Source of the DNA: Gammaproteobacteria bacterium
GTDB lineage: Bacteria; Pseudomonadota; Gammaproteobacteria; SZUA-229
Direction of reading: 5' to 3'
DNA: 64,000 nt
NCBI GenBank assembly: GCA_013041745.1
Contig: JABDRN010000026.1
Coordinates: 4,652-68,651 of the forward strand
The notes under the pieces are model-generated. The model was not told the DNA's origin. It was given only the letters and a program-made list of their open reading frames with translations, and made no database searches. The position numbers and the translations under genes were made by a program. Within the stretch, counting starts at the first letter, position 1; each line of letters starts with the position of its first letter. This document shows, one piece after another, positions 29,994 to 40,295 of the stretch.

Positions 29994-30401
29994 GTGAACA
30001 GTAATCGTTACAAATCGCTGCGTTATGTGCTCATCATCCTATTGATGTTCGCGCCGATACGCAGTGCTATGGCTATGCAGCAGCCGCACTGCGATATGGA
30101 CGAGATGGATATGGCAGAAACGTCCATGTCCATGCAAGAGCATGCTATGCATGACATGTCATCAAATGCTGATTTTACTGATCCGATGTCAAACGAACAT
30201 GCTGGTGTCAGCGTGCAATGCTGCTGTTGTGATAGTGATTGCGTCAGTAACTGTGGCATAGGAGTGCCGGTTTCACTCATCATACAGGTTTCAGACTATT
30301 CGCCCGTCTTCGTCAGTACTTCAAGAATACAAGGTTATATCTCACCCCTTTTACTAAGAACCCTCTCGCCGCCGTCTAGGCCCCCGGCAACAATCTCGTA
30401 A
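29994..30401 (+). CDS. Met/His/Cys-rich small exported protein, putative metal-binding or metal-sensing accessory of the cus operon
   Basis: 135 aa with a GTG start and signal peptide (RYVLIILLMFAPIRSAMA). The mature part is rich in M, H and D (QQPHCDMDEMDMAETSMSMQEHAMHDMS) and carries a CCCCDSDCVSNC cluster. It ends in LSPPSRPPATIS. It lies immediately upstream of cusC-like. Confidence 0.55.
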   Translation: MNSNRYKSLRYVLIILLMFAPIRSAMAMQQPHCDMDEMDMAETSMSMQEHAMHDMSSNADFTDPMSNEHAGVSVQCCCCDSDCVSNCGIGVPVSLIIQVSDYSPVFVSTSRIQGYISPLLLRTLSPPSRPPATIS

Positions 30402-30468
30402 TTACTCTAACGCGTCTCGTTTTACTCTGTGAGTGAGACGATGTGTCGATTTATATTAGTTATGGAGG

Positions 30469-31767
30469 TTGGCCATGAGTCAATCACGATTATCGAACTA
30501 TTCTGTCAACAGAATATTAGTTTCACCTTTATTACTGGCATCTGCTGTCTTCATCAGCAGCAATGTATTTGCCCTGGATCTACCACTGGCAGAGCAGCTC
30601 GCGATCGATTCTGATCCGTCGATAGAAAGCTTCAGGGTAACCGCTCTATCTTATGAAGATGCGTCTGTCGCTGATGATACCCTGCCTGATCCCCGCCTGC
30701 GTCTTGGCGCAGTCAATGTCCCATTGGATAGCTTTGATCTGGAGCAGGAGCAGATGACGCAACTCAAGGTGGGCATCCGTCAGGACTTTCCGCGTGGCGA
30801 TGTGCTCTCTATAAAGCAGCAACAGTCGCAATATCTTTCGCGAGCGGCACTATCCATGGCGGATGATGCCAGGTTGAAAATTCTACGCGATGTCCGTGAG
30901 ACCTACCTGAACCTGTTCTACGAGGTTTCTGCATACCAGATAATCAGGGAGACCAGGCAGTTATTCTCTGAACTGGTCAAGATAACAGAGTCGAATTATG
31001 CTGCGGGCCGTGTCAATCAGCAGGATGTTATTCTTGCCGGCCTGGAGTTGGCTCGTCTGGATGATCGTTCGACAAAAATCAAGGCGAGGGAGGAGTCTAA
31101 CCGGGTCAGGCTGTCACAGTGGATAGGAGATGTCGCCTGGAATGACATCGATAATGTTTTTCCGCCATTGCCAACACTGCCTGAGGAGATCGACCTCAAC
31201 GAGGTTATCCCGCAGCATCCACTCATCCGTGCGGAAAGTGCAAAAGTCAATGCCAGTAAACAGATGACTGAAATGGCTCGCCAGGAGTATAAACCGGGCT
31301 GGAGCCTGCTGCTCGATTATGGTTATCGCTCTGGCAATAATCCTGACGGCAGCGAAAGGACGGATTTTGCTACCGCGATAGTTAGCCTGGATGTCCCTTT
31401 ATTTACCGGTAATCGCCAGGATAGAAAGGTCTCAGCTAATGAGAAGAAGATATCAGCCGCACGTTATATTAAAGATGACCAGCTACGAAAATTAAAACAG
31501 ATGTATGAGAAGAATCATTATCTCTGGCAACGTCTGCATGATCGTGAACGTCTATATAAAAACAGCCTGCTCACCGCGGCCAGAAACAATTCAAAGGCTT
31601 CTCTCAAAGCCTACCAGAGTGGTGTCACAGAATTTAATACGCTGATGCGAGCGGAGATAACAGAACTGGATGTCCGCCTGGAAGATCTCCGGGTGCGTGT
31701 CGACCGTGCAGTGGCACAGGCGAATATACTTTATATCCTAGGAGGGACTGGCTATGAAAATTTATGA
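30469..31767 (+). CDS. cusC: TolC-family outer-membrane factor of a heavy-metal RND efflux system (CusC-like)
   Basis: 432 aa with GGAGG 7 nt upstream, a signal peptide and two OEP-type repeat halves. It is the first gene of a C-B-A operon with overlapping or adjacent junctions. Confidence 0.8.
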   Translation: MAMSQSRLSNYSVNRILVSPLLLASAVFISSNVFALDLPLAEQLAIDSDPSIESFRVTALSYEDASVADDTLPDPRLRLGAVNVPLDSFDLEQEQMTQLKVGIRQDFPRGDVLSIKQQQSQYLSRAALSMADDARLKILRDVRETYLNLFYEVSAYQIIRETRQLFSELVKITESNYAAGRVNQQDVILAGLELARLDDRSTKIKAREESNRVRLSQWIGDVAWNDIDNVFPPLPTLPEEIDLNEVIPQHPLIRAESAKVNASKQMTEMARQEYKPGWSLLLDYGYRSGNNPDGSERTDFATAIVSLDVPLFTGNRQDRKVSANEKKISAARYIKDDQLRKLKQMYEKNHYLWQRLHDRERLYKNSLLTAARNNSKASLKAYQSGVTEFNTLMRAEITELDVRLEDLRVRVDRAVAQANILYILGGTGYENL

Positions 31768-32995
31768 TTTAAAAAGTGTGATGGCAGTGATGCTATTTAT
31801 CACTTATCTGTATCCAGGGTTGCCAGCGATAGCCGATACAGCGGCAGACCGGGAAAAAGAAATCCTGTACTGGGTAGCACCGATGGACCCTAATTACCGG
31901 CGAGATAATCCCGGAAAGTCGCCGATGGGTATGGATCTCATCCCTTTTTATTCTTCTCCTGATGAGGGCGGCAGCAGTGTGACAATCTCACCGGTGGTAG
32001 TGCAGAACCTGGGTGTCAGAACGACCGAGGCGGAGCTGACACGCCTGTGGCGTGGTATCGATACGGTTGGATATGTCGATTACGACGAGTCCAAGGTCAG
32101 CCATATTCACCTGCGCACCGAAGGCTGGATCGAAAAGCTCGCTGTTGAATCAGAAGGCGAAAGGGTGAAGAAAAGGGACTTCCTGTTCGACGTTTATTCT
32201 CCCAAGCTGGTCAATGCACAGGAAGAACTGGTGACCGCACTGGCTACTGGCAATAGCGGGCTGATACGTGCGACGAAGGAGCGTCTCTCTGCTCTGGGTA
32301 TATCCGAGTCACAGATCAGTCAGCTCGAGAAGACAAAAAAGGTTAAACAGCGCATATCCATCTATGCACCCCAGGATGGTGTGGTCTCGGTGTTAGCAGT
32401 ACGTGAGGGAATGTTTGTTAAACCGTCACAGAAAGTCATGAAACTTGGCGACCTTTCCAGTGTCTGGTTGCTCGCAGAGGTCTTCGAGCGACAATCGCAG
32501 TGGGTCGAAGTAGGGCAGGACGCAGAAGTCACCCTGTCTTATATACCGGGTCAAAGCTGGCAAGGTAAGGTTGAGTATATCTACCCCAGCCTTGATCCAA
32601 AAACACGTACATTGAAGGTGCGTTTACGTTTTGATAATCCCGGTGAGCGCCTGAAGCCAAATATGTATGCCAACGTAAAAATATTTGGTGGTGCCAAAGT
32701 AAATACCACTGTCATACCCCTCGAAGCACTGATACGTAGTGGCCGCGAGGAGAGGGTCATCATGTCACTCGGCGATGGCAGGTTCGAAGCACGCGATGTC
32801 AAGGCGGGTATCGAAAGTGGTAACTATGTTGAGATACTCGAGGGTGTTGAGCCGGGTGAAGAGGTCGTGACATCTGGCCAGTTTCTGATCGATTCAGAAG
32901 CAAGCATGCGCGCCAGTCTTAAACGTATGACCGATGATGGTGTAGACATGGCTACAGATAAAGAAGCTGATGACCCTATCAGCGGGGAGATGTAG
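31754..32995 (+). CDS. cusB: Efflux RND periplasmic adaptor (CusB-like)
   Basis: 413 aa. The N-terminal [25 protein letters not shown] segment is typical of Cu/Ag adaptors, and an HlyD-type barrel-sandwich/beta-barrel is present. It overlaps cusC by 14 nt. Confidence 0.82.
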   Translation: MKIYDLKSVMAVMLFITYLYPGLPAIADTAADREKEILYWVAPMDPNYRRDNPGKSPMGMDLIPFYSSPDEGGSSVTISPVVVQNLGVRTTEAELTRLWRGIDTVGYVDYDESKVSHIHLRTEGWIEKLAVESEGERVKKRDFLFDVYSPKLVNAQEELVTALATGNSGLIRATKERLSALGISESQISQLEKTKKVKQRISIYAPQDGVVSVLAVREGMFVKPSQKVMKLGDLSSVWLLAEVFERQSQWVEVGQDAEVTLSYIPGQSWQGKVEYIYPSLDPKTRTLKVRLRFDNPGERLKPNMYANVKIFGGAKVNTTVIPLEALIRSGREERVIMSLGDGRFEARDVKAGIESGNYVEILEGVEPGEEVVTSGQFLIDSEASMRASLKRMTDDGVDMATDKEADDPISGEM

Positions 32996-32997
32996 TC

Positions 32998-35900
32998 ATG
33001 ATCGCAAAGATAATCGACTGGTCGATCGATAACCGTTTCATGGTGGTCATGCTGACCTTTATCATCATCGGTATGGGTGTCTATGCGGTAAAACAGACAC
33101 CACTGGATGCGCTGCCTGATCTCTCAGATGTACAGGTCATCATTAAAACCAGTTATCCCGGACAGGCGCCGCAGGTCGTTGAAGACCAGGTGACCTATCC
33201 GTTAACGACAGCGATGCTGTCTGTTCCCAAGGCCGTCAACGTACGCGGTTATTCTTTCTTCGGCGACTCTTACGTCTATGTGATCTTCGAGGATGGTACC
33301 GACCTGTACTGGGCGCGTTCTCGCGTGCTGGAATACCTCAGCCAGGTATCGAGCAAACTGCCGCCCGAGGCCAGGCCGGAGTTAGGGCCTGATGCTACCG
33401 GTGTCGGCTGGGTGTATGAGTATGCACTGGTAGACAGGAGCGGAAAAAACGATCTGTCACAGCTGCGAAGTATGCAGGACTGGTTTCTGAAATATGAGCT
33501 GCAGACCGTGCCGGGTGTTTCTGAAGTCGTCACCGTCGGCGGCATGGTGAAACAGTACCAGGTGGTGCTTGATCCTGACAGTTTGCGGGCGTATGGCCTG
33601 CCGCTATCGAAAGTCAGGCAGGCGATACAGCGTGGTAACCAGGAAACCGGCGGTTCGGTGATCGAGATGTCTGAAGCAGAGTACATGGTGCGTGCCACAG
33701 GTTATGTCGATGAACTCGATGATCTTCGGCATATCCCGCTCGGTGTTAACGAGCAGGGCACACCCATCTTGTTAAAAGATGTCTCGCAGGTAAGACTGGG
33801 CCCTCAGATGCGTCGTGGTGTGGCTGAGCTGGACGGCGAAGGCGAAGTGGTCGGTGGCATCGTCGTCATGCGATTCGGCGAGAATGCTTTATCGACTATC
33901 AAAGGGGTAAAGAACAAACTGCAGGAACTGTCACGGAGCCTGCCCGAGGGTGTCGAGATTATAGAGACCTACGACCGTTCGGCGTTGATCAACCGTGCAG
34001 TCGATAACTTGAACAGGAAGCTGATAGAAGAGTTTATCGTCGTCGCTCTGGTATGCGCGATATTCCTGTTTCATCTTCGTTCTGCGCTGGTGATCATCCT
34101 CTCTTTACCGGTAGGGATACTGGTGGCCTTTATCGTGATGGAACGGATGGGCATCAACGCCAACATCATGTCGCTGGGCGGTATCGCTATCGCCATCGGC
34201 GCCATGGTCGATGCTGCGATCGTGATGATCGAAAACGTGCACAAACATATCGAGCAAATGAGAGCAGATGGGCATGGCGATGCCAGCAGCAGTGATATAT
34301 TGAGCGATGAAAGGCGCTGGCAGGTGATACGTGAAGCGTCGAAGGAAGTCGGGCCGCCACTGTTTTTCTCACTTATGATAATCACGCTGAGTTTCCTGCC
34401 GGTGTTTACCCTGGAAGCGCAGGAAGGACGCATGTTCTCACCACTGGCTTACACCAAAACATTTGCCATGGCTGCGGCAGCAGGTCTATCGATCACCCTG
34501 GTGCCTGTGCTGATGGGGTATTTCATCCGGGGTCATGTTACCCCCGAGAGTAAGAATCCGGTTAACAGTATATTGATCGCGGGTTACCGACCTTTCATAA
34601 ATATGGTCCTGCATTCACCGAAGCTGGTGCTGGCAGCGATACTGCTGATCGTTCTGCTCGGACTATGGCCGCTGAGCCAGCTGGGTTCTGAGTTCATGCC
34701 TGACCTCGATGAAGGTGACCTGCTTTATATGCCCAGCACCTTTCCTGCGATATCGGTCGGCAAGGCACAGGAGCTATTGCAGCAGACCGATAAACTAATA
34801 AAGACAGTGCCTGAAGTGAAACGGGTTTTTGGCAAAGTCGGCCGTGCCGAAACTGCAACAGATCCAGCGCCATTGACCATGATCGAGACCACCATCCTGC
34901 TGAAACCAAAAGAGCAGTGGCGTCAGGGAATGACCATCGATAAGTTAAAGAAAGAACTGAATGAGCTGGTTCAGTTTCCCGGATTAACCAATGCCTGGGT
35001 GATGCCGATTAAAAACCGTATCGATATGCTGGCAACCGGGATCAAGACCCCGGTCGGCATCAAGGTTGCCGGACCGGACCTGGAAAAGATTCAGGAGATC
35101 GGTAAGCAGATCGAAAAGGTTCTCAAAGATGTCACAGGCACAGCTTCCGTTTATTCAGAACGGGTTGTCGGCGGCCGTTATGTGACAGTCGATATAAAGC
35201 GTCGTGAAGCAGCGCGCCTGGCGCTGAATATTGCAGATATCCAGGAAGTGGTGCGTACCGCGCTAGGAGGTATGCGTGTTGCCATGACGGTAGAAGGGCT
35301 GGAAAGGTATCCGGTCAATGTACGCTATCCACGAGATGTCCGTGACTCCCTGGAGAAATTACGCAACCTGCCTGTGGTAACCCCGGCAGGCGCACGTATA
35401 CCGCTGGCAGAAGTGGCAGATATCCGTATCGAAAGTGGTCCCGGGCTGATCAAAACCGAGAATGCCCGCCTCAATGGATGGATCTATATCGATATCGAAG
35501 GACGTGATCTCGGGTCCTATGTAGATTCAGCACAGCAGGCCGTTGCTGACCAGGTCAGGCTGCCACCTGGTTACTCGATCTCATGGTCAGGACAGTACGA
35601 GTTTATGCTGCGGGCTATCAATCGCCTGGTAACTGTTATACCGGTAACGCTGATAATTATCGTGCTCTTGTTATACCTTAGTTTCAGGCGCTTCAGCGAA
35701 GTGGCTATCATCATGGGCACATTGCCTTTGGCCCTGGTCGGTGGATTCTGGCTGCTATATATGCTGGATTACAATATGTCGGTCGCGGTCGGAGTCGGTT
35801 TTATTGCACTCTCAGGGGTCTCCGTCGAGATAGGTGTGGTCATGCTGGTCTATCTCAACCAGGCGCTCGAAAAGCACCGTGCCAGTGCTAGAAAATCCGG

Positions 35901-36165
35901 TAAGGATCTCACGCTTGAAGGAGTACGCTCAGCAGTTATAGATGGCGCTCTGATGAGGGTGCGGCCCATCATGATGACGGTCTCAACGATCATCGCCGGT
36001 TTATTGCCTATTATGCTCGGCAGCGGTACTGGCTCTGAAGTAATGCGGCGTATCGCTGCACCCATGGTCGGTGGCATGGTCAGCGCGACATTATTGACAC
36101 TGGTAGTTATACCGGCAATATTTTTATTGTGGAAGAGTCAAAAATTGAAAAGCGAAGTTGTTTGA
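32998..36165 (+). CDS. cusA: Cu(I)/Ag(I) efflux RND permease, CusA family
   Basis: 1055 aa, 12-TM RND. The TM4 motif [21 protein letters not shown] is CusA-type rather than CzcA-type. Confidence 0.9.
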   Translation: MIAKIIDWSIDNRFMVVMLTFIIIGMGVYAVKQTPLDALPDLSDVQVIIKTSYPGQAPQVVEDQVTYPLTTAMLSVPKAVNVRGYSFFGDSYVYVIFEDGTDLYWARSRVLEYLSQVSSKLPPEARPELGPDATGVGWVYEYALVDRSGKNDLSQLRSMQDWFLKYELQTVPGVSEVVTVGGMVKQYQVVLDPDSLRAYGLPLSKVRQAIQRGNQETGGSVIEMSEAEYMVRATGYVDELDDLRHIPLGVNEQGTPILLKDVSQVRLGPQMRRGVAELDGEGEVVGGIVVMRFGENALSTIKGVKNKLQELSRSLPEGVEIIETYDRSALINRAVDNLNRKLIEEFIVVALVCAIFLFHLRSALVIILSLPVGILVAFIVMERMGINANIMSLGGIAIAIGAMVDAAIVMIENVHKHIEQMRADGHGDASSSDILSDERRWQVIREASKEVGPPLFFSLMIITLSFLPVFTLEAQEGRMFSPLAYTKTFAMAAAAGLSITLVPVLMGYFIRGHVTPESKNPVNSILIAGYRPFINMVLHSPKLVLAAILLIVLLGLWPLSQLGSEFMPDLDEGDLLYMPSTFPAISVGKAQELLQQTDKLIKTVPEVKRVFGKVGRAETATDPAPLTMIETTILLKPKEQWRQGMTIDKLKKELNELVQFPGLTNAWVMPIKNRIDMLATGIKTPVGIKVAGPDLEKIQEIGKQIEKVLKDVTGTASVYSERVVGGRYVTVDIKRREAARLALNIADIQEVVRTALGGMRVAMTVEGLERYPVNVRYPRDVRDSLEKLRNLPVVTPAGARIPLAEVADIRIESGPGLIKTENARLNGWIYIDIEGRDLGSYVDSAQQAVADQVRLPPGYSISWSGQYEFMLRAINRLVTVIPVTLIIIVLLLYLSFRRFSEVAIIMGTLPLALVGGFWLLYMLDYNMSVAVGVGFIALSGVSVEIGVVMLVYLNQALEKHRASARKSGKDLTLEGVRSAVIDGALMRVRPIMMTVSTIIAGLLPIMLGSGTGSEVMRRIAAPMVGGMVSATLLTLVVIPAIFLLWKSQKLKSEVV

Positions 36166-36324
36166 TCGTCCGTTATCGAACGGCGGGTTCAACCGGTAGG
36201 TACAACACAACGATTAAAACTTGCTAAACAGCAGGAGATATACAAAGCAGACATCTAACTCTGATTTCTATTATTTTCGTGAAGAACTGATAGTTGGCAA
36301 TAATAAGGCTGAAGCCCTCTTATT

Positions 36325-36555
36325 CTATTTTCGTCCACCCTTAACATTACGTGAATTAATGGTTTCAACCACATCCTTTGCATGTGCTGTAACAGACTTG
36401 AGAGAACCAGTTTTTTTACCCTCCATTATTGAATTGGTTAGATTGCCTTTTTGGATAACATAGCGATACCAGTTTTCACCCAACATACCGTCTGGAGCGG
36501 TAGTTTTTTCGACCTGTATCACATTGTATTTACTTTTGATGGAATCATTTTGCAT
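36325..36555 (-). CDS. Small hypothetical protein (76 aa)
   Basis: ATG 36555 is preceded by AGAGG at 9 nt. The product is MQNDSIKSKYNVIQVEKTTAPDGMLGENWYRYVIQKGN...SLKSVTAHAKDVVETINSR. It lies in an AT-rich stretch beside tRNA-Leu. The track ORF extends to 36639, but that extension lacks an RBS. Confidence 0.45.
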   Translation of the reverse strand: MQNDSIKSKYNVIQVEKTTAPDGMLGENWYRYVIQKGNLTNSIMEGKKTGSLKSVTAHAKDVVETINSRNVKGGRK

Positions 36556-36715
36556 TGTTAAATACCTCTTATAAATGCCTGGAAAAAACAGGTGCGAAAC
36601 TGAAGGAGCTGTTAGAACCATACACCCTAAATTACTCACTGCCTATATTTAAATCGCTGCTGGCACTAATTGAAGGTGTGATTGAGTATCCATACTATAT
36701 ATGAGATCACCCGAC

Positions 36716-36740
36716 GCGGCTCCTTCGGGAGCCGTTTTTG
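36716..36740 (+). terminator. Orphan canonical terminator hairpin
   Basis: GCGGCTCC-TTCG-GGAGCCG is followed by TTTTT, in plus orientation. No plus-strand gene ends nearby. Confidence 0.45.
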
Positions 36741-37036
36741 ATGCTGACAGTCCGCTTTTTGCTAAAAACATGCATCAACAGGCTTCATTGGTTCTAGCGA
36801 ATGGTATCTGTCACTAACTCGATAATCTATCAGTGACCACTGCTCAAATGTTACGTCATAATAGACGTTTTGAAAGTCTTTATAAAACCAAGCTAACGTT
36901 GATTGATAAATGTTACAATACGCACCTGTTAGACATACCGCAAAAAACGGTATTAGAGTCTGTCTAGTCTGGAATAGAATTAATCTCCAGTCAGGCTGCA
37001 GAAATTATATGTAAGTTATTGAATTATATAGGTAAG

Positions 37037-37123
37037 TGGTGCCGAGAAGAGGACTTGAACCTCCACGAGCCAAAGCTCACTAGCACCTGAAGCTAGCGCG
37101 TCTACCAATTCCGCCACCTCGGC
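37037..37123 (-). tRNA. tRNA-Leu (anticodon CAG)
   Basis: The reverse complement GCCGAGGTGGCGGAATTGGTAGACGCGCTAGCTTCAGGTGCTAGT...GGAGGTTCAAGTCCTCTTCTCGGCACCA folds as a class II cloverleaf with a long variable arm. The anticodon loop is TTCAGGT. It is near-identical in the 5' half to E. coli tRNA-Leu(CAG), and CCA is encoded. Confidence 0.95.
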
Positions 37124-37234
37124 ATGGTGCTGAAATTTTCAAGCAGCGAACTTTACAAGGCGGACACCCCATTGTCAATTTACATCTGCAAATTAATTTT
37201 TGCAGTTTAGCTGGCTATTAAGCCATTATTTATT

Positions 37235-39511
37235 ATGTTGAAGAAAATTAAGAAAAAAATCAAAGATAGCCTAAGTAAGAAAACGAAAAAGAATTCAGAT
37301 AAAAAACACTCGGATAAAAAACACACATCCAGAAAGCCGTCGAGAAAACGTAAACGCAAGATAAAAGATCCTGAAGCGAAGCTAGAGGCGAAACGTTATC
37401 AGAACCCGGTCGCCAGCCGCACGCTCATCCTCAAAACGATTACCGAAGCCGGCATGATGACACAGTCATCCATCTTCGAAACACTGCAGGTGAAGCCAGA
37501 TCAGGAAGAGGGCGTCAGTCGTCGTCTCTCAGCTATGGTTCGCGACGGTCAGCTTGTACAAAATCGCCGTGGCGGTTATCTACCGGTGGATGAGAAACAT
37601 CTTATCCGGGGTCGTGTCATCGCACATGCCGATGGTTTCGGTTTCCTGGTGCCAGATGAAGGCGGTGATGACCTGTTCCTCAGTGCCAAGCAGATGCGCG
37701 GCGTGCTGCATGGTGACCATGTCGTTGCCACGGTAGCCGGTGTCGACCGCCGTGGTCGCAAGGAAGGCTCTATCGTCTCTGTCGTGGAACGTGGCAACAC
37801 CACCTTGATTGGGCGCCTGTTCGATGATGAAGGTATCGCCTACGTTGTTCCTGATAACAAGCGTCTTACACAGAATGTCCTGATCCCGGCCAATATGTTC
37901 GGCGGTGCGAATCCCGGACAGATAGTAAAAGTTGAGATTACCAAGCAGCCGACCAGTAGAAAACAGATGGTGGGTAAAGTTACCGACGTCATCGGTGACC
38001 ATATGGCACCGGGTATGGAGATCGAGATCGAGATCCATAACCACGGTATCCCTTATGAATTTCCCGATGCGGTCATGCAACAGGCGGATAAATTTGGCGA
38101 CAGTGTCAAACAGAAAGACAAGCAGGGACGGCTCGATCTGCGTGATCTGGCCCTGGTCACGATCGATGGCGAAGATGCCAGGGATTTCGATGATGCGGTC
38201 TATTGTGAGCCGCGTGACAATGGCTGGAAGCTGTTCGTTGCCATCGCCGATGTCGCACATTATGTTGATATCGGCTCAGCGCTGGATGATGAAGCATATG
38301 AGCGTGCAACCTCGGTTTATTTCCCTGGGCGTGTCGTACCCATGTTGCCGGAGGCACTGTCAAATGGATTATGCTCGATCAATCCTGATGTCGACCGACT
38401 GTGCATGGTCTGCGAGATGTTCGTAAACAAAAAGGGGGAGATAGAGAGCTATGACTTCAAAGAGGCCGTGATGCGCTCTCATGCGCGTCTCACCTATACC
38501 CAGGTAGCTGACGCACTGGCAGATGATGGCACGGGTGTTATACCGGCTGACATCTATCCGCATATCGAAAACCTGAACCGGATGTACCAGGCTCTCGATG
38601 GTGCCAGGCGAGGGCGGGGCACGATCGAGTTCGATACCACTGAAACTATCATCAACTTCAATGATGATAAACGCATAGAGAGCATAAGGCCTGCAGTGCG
38701 AAACGATGCACACAAGATAATCGAAGAATGCATGATCTCTGCAAACGTCTGTGCAGCAAAATATATCGCGAAAAGTAAATCGCCCTGCCTGTACCGGATA
38801 CATGAAGATCCGGCGGATGAGAAGATCGAAGACCTGCGCGGCTTCCTTTCTGACCTCGATCTTAAGCTGGGTGATCCATCGGGGAAGATCAGTTCGAGTG
38901 ATTACGCAGAGCTCAGTGCACAGATCCAGGGCCGTGACGATTACCATATGATCCAGACATTGATGCTGCGTTCGATGAAGCAGGCGATATACACTGCCGA
39001 GAATCACGGGCACTTCGGCCTGGCGTTAACGCATTACACCCATTTTACCTCGCCGATCAGACGCTATCCTGACCTGCTGGTTCATCGTGCACTGAAACAT
39101 ATCATCCGTAAACGCAAAAAAGATGATTATATGTATAGCCAGGAACGTATGGTGGTGATGGGTGAGCACTGTTCGAGCAACGAGCGCAGGGCGAACGAAG
39201 CAACACGTGATGCTGAGTTTGCACTGAAATGTGAATATATGCTGGACAAGGTCGGTAAGACTTACGATGCACACATATCCGGAGTCGTCGGTTTCGGCTT
39301 GTTCGTCGAGCTGGATGAACATTATGTCGAAGGCCTGGTACATATCACCAGTTTGCCTAAAGATTATTATGTCTTCGATCCGAAATCGCATCAGCTCGTC
39401 GGTGAGAACCGCGGCTTGCAGTTCGGCCTGAATGACAAGGTATGCATCACTGTCACCCGGGTCGATATGGATGAACGTAAGATTGACTTTGAACTGGTCG
39501 CGGATGATTAA
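37235..39511 (+). CDS. rnr: Ribonuclease R (3'-5' exoribonuclease) with Lys-rich N-terminal extension
   Basis: 758 aa, collinear with E. coli RNase R from EAKRYQNPVASR through the RNB domain (VTIDGEDARDFDDAV, HFGL...YTHFTSPIRRYPDL) to the S1 domain (MDERKIDFEL). Confidence 0.95.
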   Translation: MLKKIKKKIKDSLSKKTKKNSDKKHSDKKHTSRKPSRKRKRKIKDPEAKLEAKRYQNPVASRTLILKTITEAGMMTQSSIFETLQVKPDQEEGVSRRLSAMVRDGQLVQNRRGGYLPVDEKHLIRGRVIAHADGFGFLVPDEGGDDLFLSAKQMRGVLHGDHVVATVAGVDRRGRKEGSIVSVVERGNTTLIGRLFDDEGIAYVVPDNKRLTQNVLIPANMFGGANPGQIVKVEITKQPTSRKQMVGKVTDVIGDHMAPGMEIEIEIHNHGIPYEFPDAVMQQADKFGDSVKQKDKQGRLDLRDLALVTIDGEDARDFDDAVYCEPRDNGWKLFVAIADVAHYVDIGSALDDEAYERATSVYFPGRVVPMLPEALSNGLCSINPDVDRLCMVCEMFVNKKGEIESYDFKEAVMRSHARLTYTQVADALADDGTGVIPADIYPHIENLNRMYQALDGARRGRGTIEFDTTETIINFNDDKRIESIRPAVRNDAHKIIEECMISANVCAAKYIAKSKSPCLYRIHEDPADEKIEDLRGFLSDLDLKLGDPSGKISSSDYAELSAQIQGRDDYHMIQTLMLRSMKQAIYTAENHGHFGLALTHYTHFTSPIRRYPDLLVHRALKHIIRKRKKDDYMYSQERMVVMGEHCSSNERRANEATRDAEFALKCEYMLDKVGKTYDAHISGVVGFGLFVELDEHYVEGLVHITSLPKDYYVFDPKSHQLVGENRGLQFGLNDKVCITVTRVDMDERKIDFELVADD

Positions 39512-39542
39512 TTATTTACCTGTCATCATAGTTAAATAATAT

Positions 39543-40286
39543 ATGTCTAAAAAATCGCATGAAATAATCTATGGGATCCATGCTGTCGAGGCTGCGTTAA
39601 GGAAACAGCCAGAAAACGTATTGCAGGTTTTTGTGCAGCAGGGACGCAATGATAACCGCATAAAGAAAATAATAGATATCGCAAAAAATTCTGGCGTATC
39701 ACTGCAATCGATCAGTAATGACAAGCTGAAAGAAAAATGTCCAAAAGCAAGACACCAGGGCGTGGTTGCAGAAATACGTTCGGGCAGGGCTGCGACGGTG
39801 TCACTCGATGATGTTCTGCAGAAAGAATCGGTGTTATTACTGGTGCTAGACGAAGTACAGGATCCGCATAACATAGGTGCCTGCTTGCGCACAGCCGATG
39901 CCATCGGGGTAGATGCTGTCATAGTATCTAAAAATCGCAGCCCGTCATTAACGCCGGTAATTCGTAACGTCGCCAGCGGTGCTGCTGAAACAGTGCCGTA
40001 TATCATGGTGTCGAACATCGCCCGAGCCCTGGAAAAGATCAAGGATGATAATGTCTGGCTCATCGGCACCAGTAGTGACGCCAGTCATACGATTTATGAC
40101 TGTGATGTAAATAATCGTCTAGCGCTGGTGATGGGCTCCGAAGGCAAGGGTATGCGGCGCTTGACACGGGAAGCCTGCGACGAACTTGTTTCTATTCCCA
40201 TGCAGGGCAGTGTCGAAAGCCTGAATATCTCTGTGGCGACGGCTGTCTGCCTGTATGAGATCCGACGCCGGCAAACAGGCAGTTAA
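39543..40286 (+). CDS. rlmB: 23S rRNA (guanosine2251-2'-O)-methyltransferase RlmB
   Basis: 247-aa SpoU/TrmH family protein (LDEVQDPHNIGACLRTADAIG, LVMGSEGKGMRRLT, IPMQGSVESLNISVA). It holds the conserved position after rnr. Confidence 0.9.
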   Translation: MSKKSHEIIYGIHAVEAALRKQPENVLQVFVQQGRNDNRIKKIIDIAKNSGVSLQSISNDKLKEKCPKARHQGVVAEIRSGRAATVSLDDVLQKESVLLLVLDEVQDPHNIGACLRTADAIGVDAVIVSKNRSPSLTPVIRNVASGAAETVPYIMVSNIARALEKIKDDNVWLIGTSSDASHTIYDCDVNNRLALVMGSEGKGMRRLTREACDELVSIPMQGSVESLNISVATAVCLYEIRRRQTGS

Positions 40287-40295
40287 ACCGGCAGT

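Noticed and set aside
30023-30614. Alternative-frame ORFs (30023-30283 minus, 30064-30261 plus, 30429-30614 plus) around the Met/His-rich gene and the cusC start.
   Set aside because: They overlap better-supported frames, and they are Cys- and Ser-rich as an artefact of the repetitive ATG/GAT composition.
36221-36463. 80-aa plus-strand ORF downstream of cusA.
   Set aside because: It has a TTG start and no RBS. It is antisense to the better-supported small minus-strand ORF, and its product is not protein-like.
37580-39391. Long minus-strand ORFs (37580-38260, 38369-39013, 39026-39391) antisense to rnr.
   Set aside because: They are shadow ORFs opposite a strongly supported RNase R frame. Their products are low-complexity and show no motifs. 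The same applies to 24776-25291 (opposite hflK), 39569-40069 (opposite rlmB), 53094-53729 (opposite the HD-GYP gene), 57137-57712 (opposite rnhA and dnaQ) and 17083-17496 (opposite the giant ORF).
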